NCBI GenBank assembly: GCA_051751125.1
Contig: JBNJKO010000009.1
Span: forward strand, 62,211-126,210
Direction: 5' to 3'
Length of the DNA: 64,000 nt
DNA from: Bacteroidota bacterium
GTDB lineage: Bacteria > Bacteroidota > Bacteroidia > Flavobacteriales > Flavobacteriaceae
Each line of letters begins with the position of its first letter. Position 1 is the stretch's first letter. Of this stretch, positions 55,869 to 64,000 are shown piece after piece. The notes beneath the pieces were generated by a model. The model saw only the letters and a list, made by a program, of their open reading frames with translations. It had not been told where the DNA came from and searched no databases. The position numbers and the translations under genes were made by a program.

Positions 55869-58800
55869 TTAGGAAGCCTCTACTTCCTCCTTCTTCCTCA
55901 AATCCAGCGGCTCCAATACTTTTAAGGCTCTATCAACCGAAGTTATCTTTTCAAAAGTGAGCAGCAACCTTAAACCGGAACGGGTTTTCTTTTCTTTCAT
56001 AGTACAGGAGCGGGAATGGGTTTGCACATATTGCAGCACTTTGGTAAACGCCTGGGTTTGGTAAAAGCCAGATTGCTGGTCGGCAATAAAATAGCCTATC
56101 AGTTTCCCCTGTTTCATAACCACTTTCTCCAGACCAATTTTGGAAGCGATCCATTTTATTCGAACGCTGTTTAGAAGATCAACCGCTTGGGTAGGTAGTT
56201 CTCCAAACCTATCGACCAGGTGCGCTTCATATTTCAGGAGCTCTTCTTCGGTTTTTACGCTGTTTAACTGAGTGTAAAGATTTAAACGTTCAGAAATATT
56301 ATTGATATAATCATCGGGAAATAAAAGCTCGAAATCGGCATCGATCTGCGTATCCTTAACAAAGGTTTTATCCTCCACATCTTCATCTTTGTGATACAAA
56401 TCTTTAAACTCGTTTTCCTTCAGTTCCTCGATGGCTTCATTCAAAATTTTCTGATAGGTATCAAAACCTATTTCATTGATGAATCCGCTTTGCTCGCCGC
56501 CAAGCAAATCTCCCGCACCACGAATTTCAAGATCTTTCATCGCGATATTAATTCCGCTGCCCAGTTCGCTGAATTGCTCCAGGGCGGTGATACGCTTCCG
56601 TGCATCATCGGTCATCGCAGAATAGGGCGGGGTGATAAAATAGCAAAATGCCTTTTTATTGCTTCGGCCCACACGTCCCCGCATTTGGTGAAGATCCGAA
56701 AGTCCGAAGTTGTTGGCGTTGTTGATGAAAATAGTATTCGCATTTGTAACATCCAATCCGCTCTCCACAATTGTAGTAGAAACCAGCACATCAAACTCAC
56801 TGTTCATAAAGGAAAGCATCAAATTTTCGAGCTTTTTCCCTTCCATTTGCCCGTGGCCTATCCCCACTTTTGCATCCGGAACCAGTCGCTGGATCATCCC
56901 TGCAACTTCCTTGATGTTTTCAATCCGGTTATGAATAAAAAATACCTGTCCGCCCCGCTGGATTTCATAGGAGATCGCATCACGAATGGTATCTTCGGCA
57001 AACCGAACCACATGGGTTTCAATTGGATACCGGTTTGGAGGCGGGGTGGTAATCGTGGAAAGATCTCTCGCAGCCATTAAGCTGAACTGCAACGTACGCG
57101 GAATTGGAGTCGCGGTTAATGTAAGTGTATCCACATTTTCCTTAATGGTCTTCAATTTATCTTTGACTGCCACTCCAAATTTTTGTTCCTCATCTACAAT
57201 TAACAACCCAAGATCCTTGAATTTTACGGTTTTACTCACCAGCTGGTGGGTCCCAATAATGATATCCACCTTTCCCGCTTCCAGATCGGCCAGGGTTTCC
57301 CGGCGTTCTTTTGCGGTTCTAAATCTATTAAGGTAATCTACGGTTACAGGAAAATCCTTCAGCCGCTCCGTAAATGTTTTATGATGCTGAAAAGCGAGTA
57401 TGGTAGTGGGAACTAAAACAGCCACCTGCTTTCCGTTATCTACCGCCTTAAAAGCAGCACGAATGGCAACTTCTGTCTTTCCGAAGCCAACATCTCCACA
57501 AACTAGTCGGTCCATCGGCCTTTCGGTTTCCATATCTTCCTTCACCGCAGCGGTTGCCGTGGTTTGATCTGGTGTATCTTCATAGATAAAAGAGGCTTCC
57601 AGCTCGTGTTGTAAATAAGAATCCGGTCCAAAAGCAAAGCCTTTTTGCAGCCTTCGCTTTGCGTATAATTCAATAAGGTTATAGGCGATATGCTTGACTC
57701 TGGATTTCGTCTTTTCCTTTAAATTCTTCCAGGCATTGCTTCCCAGCTTATATATTTTGGGCGGTTTCCCGTCTTTGCCGTTAAATTTTGAGATTTTATG
57801 AAGCGAATGTATGCTCAGGTACAAAATATCGCGCTCACCATACACCAGCTTAATGGCCTCTTGCTTTTTCCCTTCAACATCTATCTTTTGCAATCCACCA
57901 AATCTTCCAATCCCGTGGTCAATGTGGGTCACGTAATCGCCCACTTCCAGGTTGCTGAGTTCTTTAAAAGTGATGGCCTGCTTTTTCGCATACCCACTTT
58001 TCAGTTGAAATTTATGGTAGCGTTCAAAGATTTGATGATCTGTATAACACACCATTTTGGAGGTTTCATCAATAAACCCCTGAAATAAGGAAAGCACCAC
58101 TGTTTGGTACTTCACCAACCGATCCTGATCGTCAAATATATCGTGAAACCGCTTGGCCTGTTGTTCACTTACGCAGAATATATAATTTGTATACCCAGCC
58201 TCAGTATTTTCAATTAAATTATCGATAAGAAGATCAAACTGCTTATTAAAAGAAGGCTGAGGTTTTGTGTTGAATTCAATAGTTTCCGCACTTTTCAAAT
58301 AAGCCTGCGTACTCAGCTCCACCACGCTGAAATCCATCAGCTGTCTTTTTATAATTTCGGAATTACAAAAAAGTTCTTCGGGCTTGCTGTGTTTTATTTC
58401 TTCTGAAATAGTTTTAAAAGCTTCTTCCGCCTTACTGAAGAGTTTGTCCAGTTGCGCAAGGAAAATATCAAGATCTTTTACAAAAACCAACGTATTGGAC
58501 GCGATATATTTCAGAAAACTTTCCCGGATCTCATCTAGTTTTTTGTTTTCCACATTGGGCATCACCGAAATTTTCTTGACCTTTTCTGTAGAAAGTTGGG
58601 TTTCCACATCAAAACTCCGGATGCTGTCAACCTCATCCCCAAAAAATTCGATCCTGTAAGGTTCGTCATTGCTGAATGAAAACACATCTATGATCCCTCC
58701 ACGAACCGAAAACTCTCCCGGTTCGGTTACAAAATCCACCCGTTTGAATTTGTATTCAAATAGTACTTCATTCACAAAATCTATGGAAAGCAGATCTCCA

Positions 58801-59249
58801 ATTGCTATTTTCAAGGTACTTCTGTCCAGTTCCTTTCGCGTAACCACTTTTTCAAAAAGAGCATCCGGATAAGTGACTATAACGGCTGGCTTTTTTCGGG
58901 AATTAATACGGTTCAATACCTCTGCCCTTAAAAGTACATTGGCATTATCTGTCTCCTCCATTTGGTAAGGCCTGCGGTAACTTCCAGGATAAAAAAGCAC
59001 GTTTTTTTCACCAATTAACTGCTCCAGATCGTTTAGAAAATAGGCAGCTTCTTCCTTATCGTTAAAGACCAATAGAAAAGGAACATCCGCTTCCTCAAAA
59101 GCATCGGAAACAGCAAAGGATAAAGCAGATCCCACAAGGCCTTTTAGGTGGATATTAGCGGTGTTTTTTGAGAACAGGACGAGGGTATCCCTAAGTTTCT
59201 GTTGTTGCAGAGACTTCGCGAAATTTTGGGCAATAGAAGTTTTACTCAT
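55869..59249 (-). CDS. mfd: Transcription-repair coupling factor; start moved from 59285 to the ATG at 59249
   Basis: UvrB-like N-terminus, RID (VTHIDHGIGRF), CGDVGFGKTEV, DEEQKFGV, TATPIPRTL and QMRGRVGRS; -7 element TATCTTTG at 59255-59262. Confidence 0.96.
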   Translation of the reverse strand: MSKTSIAQNFAKSLQQQKLRDTLVLFSKNTANIHLKGLVGSALSFAVSDAFEEADVPFLLVFNDKEEAAYFLNDLEQLIGEKNVLFYPGSYRRPYQMEETDNANVLLRAEVLNRINSRKKPAVIVTYPDALFEKVVTRKELDRSTLKIAIGDLLSIDFVNEVLFEYKFKRVDFVTEPGEFSVRGGIIDVFSFSNDEPYRIEFFGDEVDSIRSFDVETQLSTEKVKKISVMPNVENKKLDEIRESFLKYIASNTLVFVKDLDIFLAQLDKLFSKAEEAFKTISEEIKHSKPEELFCNSEIIKRQLMDFSVVELSTQAYLKSAETIEFNTKPQPSFNKQFDLLIDNLIENTEAGYTNYIFCVSEQQAKRFHDIFDDQDRLVKYQTVVLSLFQGFIDETSKMVCYTDHQIFERYHKFQLKSGYAKKQAITFKELSNLEVGDYVTHIDHGIGRFGGLQKIDVEGKKQEAIKLVYGERDILYLSIHSLHKISKFNGKDGKPPKIYKLGSNAWKNLKEKTKSRVKHIAYNLIELYAKRRLQKGFAFGPDSYLQHELEASFIYEDTPDQTTATAAVKEDMETERPMDRLVCGDVGFGKTEVAIRAAFKAVDNGKQVAVLVPTTILAFQHHKTFTERLKDFPVTVDYLNRFRTAKERRETLADLEAGKVDIIIGTHQLVSKTVKFKDLGLLIVDEEQKFGVAVKDKLKTIKENVDTLTLTATPIPRTLQFSLMAARDLSTITTPPPNRYPIETHVVRFAEDTIRDAISYEIQRGGQVFFIHNRIENIKEVAGMIQRLVPDAKVGIGHGQMEGKKLENLMLSFMNSEFDVLVSTTIVESGLDVTNANTIFINNANNFGLSDLHQMRGRVGRSNKKAFCYFITPPYSAMTDDARKRITALEQFSELGSGINIAMKDLEIRGAGDLLGGEQSGFINEIGFDTYQKILNEAIEELKENEFKDLYHKDEDVEDKTFVKDTQIDADFELLFPDDYINNISERLNLYTQLNSVKTEEELLKYEAHLVDRFGELPTQAVDLLNSVRIKWIASKIGLEKVVMKQGKLIGYFIADQQSGFYQTQAFTKVLQYVQTHSRSCTMKEKKTRSGLRLLLTFEKITSVDRALKVLEPLDLRKKEEVEAS

Positions 59250-59254
59250 TGAGG

Positions 59255-59262
59255 CAAAGATA
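59255..59262 (-). promoter_or_regulatory. -7 element TATCTTTG 5 nt before the mfd ATG
   Basis: Plus strand CAAAGATA. Confidence 0.55.
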
Positions 59263-59340
59263 ATTCCCTCACTTTTGCAATACAACCCCCTTCAGCTTAT
59301 TTAACTTTTGATTAAGCGAAAATTATTTTCAGGCATTTGC

Positions 59341-59383
59341 GCGGATTGATGGCGCGGATTTGCAATCCGTGACAGCAATCCGC
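59341..59383. repeat. Nested hairpin (third REP-like family): GCGGATTG[...GCGGATTTGCAATCCGT...]CAATCCGC
   Basis: An outer 8-bp perfect stem encloses an inner stem with a near-identical sequence; partial copies at 59414-59432 and 60832-60845. Confidence 0.7.
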
Positions 59384-59454
59384 CTAACTTTATCATTTCT
59401 CTAACAGCAATTGGGCGCGGAGTTGGTAACTTTCCATGAATTTAAAATTATAGC

Positions 59455-60810
59455 ATGGCTTTTAAACACTTTGATGTTTTTGTTATTGGTAGTGGCACTG
59501 CAGGAAAAAATGTCGCTAAAGAATGTGCTGCCGCAGGATTAAAAGTGGCAATTGCCGACAATCGCGAATTTGGAGGAACCTGCTCCAACCGGGGATGTGA
59601 TCCTAAAAAAGTTTTAGTGGGTGTCACAGAAATCCTTTACAAGGCATTAAAATTAAAAAATAAAGGAGTCACAAAACTACCTGAAATTCGCTGGGAAGAT
59701 GCCATGGCCTGGAAGGAAACCTTTGTAGATGCAGTCCCAGCAGCTACCGAAAAAAATCTTAAAAAGCTTGGAATCAAAATGTATCATCAGTCTCCGGTAT
59801 TTTTAGATGAAAATACGCTTTCGGTAGAAGGTAAGACAGTAACGGTAGCTAAAATCGTGATCGCAACCGGACAGGTTCCAATGGAATTAAAAATCCCCGG
59901 TCGTGATCATGCACTCATAAGCGATGATTTCCTGAATCTTGAAAAGCTTCCAAAGACTATGATTTTTATTGGCGCCGGCTACATAGGGATGGAATTTGCC
60001 CATATTGCCGCCCGTTTTGGAGTAAAAGTGACTGTGATGGAGTTTTTTCCAAGATCCCTTATGAATTTTGATGAAGATTTGGTGGAACACCTTCAGAAAG
60101 CTTCAGAGGAACTGGGAATTGAATTTATATTCAGCGCAGAAGTAATCGAAATTGAAAAACTTCAGAAGAACTTTCGGGTAAAAGCACTTCAGAATGGAAA
60201 GGAAATCTCGGCAAAAGCAGAACTTGTTTTTAATACGGCCGGCAGGGTTCCTTCCATTGAAGGACTGGATCTGGAAAAAGGCAGGGTAGCATTTACCAAA
60301 AAAGGTATAAGTGTAAATGAATATTTGCAAAACACAACCAATAAAAATGTGTACGCCTGTGGAGATGTTTCAGATAGCGCAGGACTTGCTCTCACCCCTG
60401 TTTCCGCTTATGAGTCAGAAATAGTTTCAGCTAATATTTGTCGGGAAAAGAGTCCTGTAAAAATCGATTATCCACTCCAGCCATCGGTGGTATTTACACT
60501 ACCAAATCTTGCCTCGGTAGGTTTTTCAGAAAAAGAAGCAAAAGAAAAAGGTTTTGATTTCACTGTAGAACAAAAACTGGTGCCGGAATGGTTTAATGCA
60601 AAACGAATCAATGCTAAAGTGTATGCCTATAAAACATTGGTAGACAACAAAACCGATCAAATTATTGGAGTTCATTTAATAGGGCCCGAAGCCGGAGAAA
60701 TAATCAATTTATTTACCCTTGCCATGAACAGCAAAACCGATATAAAACAACTCAAACAAATGCTCTTCGCATATCCTACCTGGGGAAATGATATTAAGGG
60801 GATGGTTTAA
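59455..60810 (+). CDS. Class I pyridine nucleotide-disulfide oxidoreductase (glutathione reductase-like)
   Basis: IGSGTAG, GGTCSNRGCDPKK redox disulfide, IGAGYIG, TAGRVP and ACGDV. Confidence 0.9.
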   Translation: MAFKHFDVFVIGSGTAGKNVAKECAAAGLKVAIADNREFGGTCSNRGCDPKKVLVGVTEILYKALKLKNKGVTKLPEIRWEDAMAWKETFVDAVPAATEKNLKKLGIKMYHQSPVFLDENTLSVEGKTVTVAKIVIATGQVPMELKIPGRDHALISDDFLNLEKLPKTMIFIGAGYIGMEFAHIAARFGVKVTVMEFFPRSLMNFDEDLVEHLQKASEELGIEFIFSAEVIEIEKLQKNFRVKALQNGKEISAKAELVFNTAGRVPSIEGLDLEKGRVAFTKKGISVNEYLQNTTNKNVYACGDVSDSAGLALTPVSAYESEIVSANICREKSPVKIDYPLQPSVVFTLPNLASVGFSEKEAKEKGFDFTVEQKLVPEWFNAKRINAKVYAYKTLVDNKTDQIIGVHLIGPEAGEIINLFTLAMNSKTDIKQLKQMLFAYPTWGNDIKGMV

Positions 60811-60850
60811 GACGGATAAAAAAATAGTGTTGGTGCGGATTTGCAGCGCA

Positions 60851-61642
60851 TCAACTTTTATTCACCAGTTTAAACATAGGATTGGTCTTTCGGTTTAAAA
60901 ATCCATGGTAGGCAATACTAATAAGGACTATTAATGCGCTTCCAAGGGCAGTATAGGCAATCGCCAAATTCCCGTCCTGATGCCTCACATAAATAGCAAA
61001 CAAAGCCCAAACGGCAACAGCTGCAAACTCCCGCATATTGCGTTTGTAGATCATTAGGATATTAATAATCGCGGCCACTAAAATCATAATAATAGTCCAC
61101 TGTGTTTTGCTGAAAATCCAGCCACCCCAGCCTATTTTTGAAAGGTATGCGGAAACATTAGCAATAGCAGCCACCGTGATCCATCCGGCATAAAGGCAAA
61201 TTGGCCACCAGGTAAAAGCAATAATCTTGAGCGGGGCATCCCATCGTTCCATATTGGTGTTTAAAACTATTTTCATCAAAGAGAAAAGGATCACAAACAT
61301 CAGGATTACAGAAATTCCAGTGTATTCAAAAAGCCATACCACTACCCATGCGGCATTTGCAACATTGGCAATAATAAACCAGGGACCGGTTTTACTAATA
61401 AAATCAGAATCCTTGTCACTAAAAAAAGCCCTGTTAATTTGAAAAAACACATAAACCAGCAAGGATAAAAAAATAAGTCCCCAAATGGCAAAAGCATAAC
61501 CTGCCGGGGTAAATAAGTTGTCATACTCATTGCTCAGGCTTCCGATGGTATTGTTGTTTATTTGAATTGTTTGGGAATAATAGTTCACGATAATGACCAA
61601 TATAACCGACAAAAAATTTAAAATGGTTAAATTTCTGTTCAT
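60851..61642 (-). CDS. Trp-rich multi-pass membrane protein (TspO/MBR-like sensory family)
   Basis: FTPAGYAFAIWGLI, ANVANAAWVVVW and LYAGWITVAAIAN; about eight TM helices. Confidence 0.8.
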   Translation of the reverse strand: MNRNLTILNFLSVILVIIVNYYSQTIQINNNTIGSLSNEYDNLFTPAGYAFAIWGLIFLSLLVYVFFQINRAFFSDKDSDFISKTGPWFIIANVANAAWVVVWLFEYTGISVILMFVILFSLMKIVLNTNMERWDAPLKIIAFTWWPICLYAGWITVAAIANVSAYLSKIGWGGWIFSKTQWTIIMILVAAIINILMIYKRNMREFAAVAVWALFAIYVRHQDGNLAIAYTALGSALIVLISIAYHGFLNRKTNPMFKLVNKS

Positions 61643-61661
61643 AAGTAGGTAGGTTGAGAAG

Positions 61662-62297
61662 TTAGTAAACTAAAATTACTTCTTTTTTTGTTATCACAAA
61701 CACCTGATCACCAACATTTGGCGTAATCCAGTAATTCCCAGTGAATTCTCCAAAAGCAGGCAGTATTAATTGTTCTCCGCTTTTATAAAAACATCTGAGT
61801 TTAACCTGCTGTCTCCCTGCCCCATTAAGCTTATAACCCGGATGCAAATGCCCGCAAAGATTAAAGTAGTTTTCCCTGGTTTCCGGATGATGTGTTAACA
61901 GAAGGTTTTCCAGGATCAATTCTGAATAAACCTCAATCTCAAGGGCTTCGTATTTTAATTCTGAAATGATATCGTGATTACCCACCACAAGCATGACCTC
62001 AGCTGAAATATCCTGCATCCAGTTTTCAAATAAATCCCATTCCAGGTTAAGGGAACTGTGAAAAAGATCTCCTAAAAAACAAATTTTTTCAGGCTGAAAA
62101 TGGTCTACAACCTGTGATAAACGCTCAAAATTTTCGGCTATGCCATTTTGGGGGACAGCACTACCGTATTTTCTAAAATGGGAGATTTTTCCCAAATGCA
62201 CATCGCTTATAAGCAGCATTTGTTCCTCATTCCAAAACATAGCACCGGAAGGGTGAAGACTTAAATTTTGCCCGAGTATTTCAATGTTTTCTATCAC
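61662..62297 (-). CDS. pdeM: Ligase-associated DNA damage response metallophosphoesterase/endonuclease (PdeM/MPE), GTG start
   Basis: SDVHLGK, LGDLFH, GNHD, GHLHP and LPAFGEFTG; directly downstream of the Lhr-core helicase. Confidence 0.88.
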   Translation of the reverse strand: MIENIEILGQNLSLHPSGAMFWNEEQMLLISDVHLGKISHFRKYGSAVPQNGIAENFERLSQVVDHFQPEKICFLGDLFHSSLNLEWDLFENWMQDISAEVMLVVGNHDIISELKYEALEIEVYSELILENLLLTHHPETRENYFNLCGHLHPGYKLNGAGRQQVKLRCFYKSGEQLILPAFGEFTGNYWITPNVGDQVFVITKKEVILVY

Positions 62298-62301
62298 TCT
62301 G

Positions 62302-62309
62302 CAAAAATA
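62302..62309 (-). promoter_or_regulatory. -7 element TATTTTTG 4 nt before the pdeM GTG, abutting the helicase stop
   Basis: Plus strand CAAAAATA. Confidence 0.4.
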
Positions 62310-63998
62310 TCATTTTTCCCATTGAATAAGCATCCGCCTGATTCGATCTTCAAGTTTCTCTGAAGATAATTTTTCCCGAAGTCTGTCTGTAATAATTGGA
62401 AAGGAAAAGGGAGTTGGTTTTTCACAGGCCTTCCAGATAAGCTCCTGGTTGGTAATTCTTTCCAGTGCCAGCCTCAACCTTCCTTCTTCCAGCTGATGTT
62501 CAAAAGTTTCGCGAAAAGCCTGCAGAAATAACAAATTTTCAGGTTCATAATCCCTGAAAACGCTAAAAAGCAACTGGGAATTAGCCTGCAAATGCTTGCT
62601 CTTGATCAACTTATTGGGAAATCCCGTAAACACCATTCCCGCGATCACTGCTATATCCCGGAATTTTCTTCGCGCCATTTCCGTCGCGTTTAAGCTATTG
62701 TTGAGATCTTCCATTAAAAATTCCGGAGAAAACAGGTCATTGTCCAACACCTGCTGCATATCGATCTCCTGATTGGAAAGCAGTTCAAATCCATAATCAT
62801 TAAAAGCCAGGGTAAAACTTATAGGGGACAACAAACTTATGCGGTATGCCAGTAAGCTGCTTAAAGCTTCATGCACAAATCTTCCTTCAAAAGGGTAAAA
62901 AATAGCGTGATAGCCTTCGCGGGTCTTGAAGGTTTCAATAAGAAATTCGTCTTTCCCAGGGATAATCGATTCCCGCTGTTGCCGTTCAAAAATGGGTTGC
63001 AGGGCAGAAAGTTCCCGGGATTTCCCTCCGCCGGAATTCGCCGAATCCCTGGCTTCGTACATCTCTTCCCGCAGCAACTCGCTCATTTGGGCAGAAAATC
63101 CCATTCTACCTCCCATCCAGCTGGGCACCTTGGAATTTTTTTTCTTTGAAACTCTTACCAGAACCTGCATCCCCTTGATTTTTACCAGTTCCAGATTTCT
63201 GCCTGCAAAAGTAAATGCGTCCCCGGGAGCTAATTTTGAAATAAACCATTCTTCAATGGTACCAATATATCCTCCGGAAATATATTTCACGCTAAGCATG
63301 GCGTCACTCACAATGGTTCCAATTTGCAAGCGGTGGCGCATTGCGACCCCGCGATCGTTCACTTTAAATTTTCCATTCGCTTCGATCTCTACTTTCTTAT
63401 ACTCATCGTACGCCTGCAGGCTCTGACTTCCCTTTGTTATAAAATTCAGGATCCATTTCCATTGATCATCTGTAATTCCCTGAAAGCAGAACGTAGACTT
63501 TATTTCCGGGTAAATATCCTTCGGAAAAAATCCGTTGGAAACTGCGAGGGAGGTAAGATATTGCACCAAAACATCAAAACTAAGCAGGTATGGAATCCGG
63601 TCTTCCACCACGGTTTGTTTTACCGCTTTTTGCAAGGCTGATGCTTCTATCAACTCAATAGCATGCGTAGGTAAAAAATAGATCACACTTTCCTTTCCCG
63701 GCTGATGACCGCTTCTTCCTGCCCTTTGTATAAACCTGGCAACTCCTTTGGGCCCGCCAATCTGGATGATAGTCTCCACGGGCGCAAAATCTACCCCAAG
63801 ATCCAGGCTGGAAGTACATACCACCGCTTTTAAACGTTCATCCCGGATCGCCTGCTCTACCCATAATCGGGTTTCCTTATTGATACTTCCATGATGCATG
63901 GCTACTTCCCCGGCAAACTCGGGGTATTTGTGCATTAACTTTTGAAACCAAAGTTCGCATTGCGACCTAGTATTGGTGAAAATTAAAGTGGTTTTTGA
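62310..63998 (-). CDS. Ligase-associated DNA damage response DEXH helicase (Lhr-core), 5'-truncated by the window edge
   Basis: The frame is open to the window end (SKTTLIFTNTRSQCE); HHGSI, CTSSLDLGVDF, QRAGRSGH and IGTIEEWF. Confidence 0.9.
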   Translation of the reverse strand, partial: SKTTLIFTNTRSQCELWFQKLMHKYPEFAGEVAMHHGSINKETRLWVEQAIRDERLKAVVCTSSLDLGVDFAPVETIIQIGGPKGVARFIQRAGRSGHQPGKESVIYFLPTHAIELIEASALQKAVKQTVVEDRIPYLLSFDVLVQYLTSLAVSNGFFPKDIYPEIKSTFCFQGITDDQWKWILNFITKGSQSLQAYDEYKKVEIEANGKFKVNDRGVAMRHRLQIGTIVSDAMLSVKYISGGYIGTIEEWFISKLAPGDAFTFAGRNLELVKIKGMQVLVRVSKKKNSKVPSWMGGRMGFSAQMSELLREEMYEARDSANSGGGKSRELSALQPIFERQQRESIIPGKDEFLIETFKTREGYHAIFYPFEGRFVHEALSSLLAYRISLLSPISFTLAFNDYGFELLSNQEIDMQQVLDNDLFSPEFLMEDLNNSLNATEMARRKFRDIAVIAGMVFTGFPNKLIKSKHLQANSQLLFSVFRDYEPENLLFLQAFRETFEHQLEEGRLRLALERITNQELIWKACEKPTPFSFPIITDRLREKLSSEKLEDRIRRMLIQWEK

Positions 63999-64000
63999 AT

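Noticed and set aside
56391-57336. Long antisense ORFs within mfd (up to 229 aa) and similar ones in ald, sucA, RND and ClC genes
   Set aside because: They are fully overlapped by well-supported genes on the opposite strand and lack motifs; typical shadow ORFs.

Overview
A 64-kb chromosomal window from an AT-rich Bacteroidetes bacterium, most likely Flavobacteriaceae. This is inferred from gene content, TAnnTTTG -7 promoter elements and the ExbB-small membrane protein-ExbD-ExbD layout; no database search was run. It is mostly housekeeping: asnS (5'-partial), rpoN, exbBD, tRNA-Ser(GGA), asparaginase, TatD, sucAB, a TetR-TolC-MFP-RND efflux operon, aspS, a ClC transporter, a cold-shock protein, M13 and M28 peptidases, a P-type ATPase, ssb, metG, asnB, an AraC-aldehyde dehydrogenase-DUF779 module, mfd, and an Lhr-core helicase/metallophosphoesterase pair (helicase 5'-partial). 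No transposase, integrase, prophage, rRNA or CRISPR array is visible. The most striking element is at 47064-47522, where an intact-looking 106-aa GIY-YIG nuclease gene sits inside a cluster of four GTC(A)-tagged hairpin repeats. Two of these bracket the gene as terminal inverted repeats with compensatory stem changes, and one copy is nested in the loop of another. This resembles a RAYT/REPtron architecture but with a different nuclease class, so it is a candidate nuclease-plus-REP mobility system. The window also holds other REP-like families, a Flavo-1-like structured element, helically phased direct-repeat arrays upstream of ssb and of a secreted MORN-like protein, a candidate 37-aa membrane microprotein, and four candidate leaderless genes. 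All alignments and folds were done by eye.
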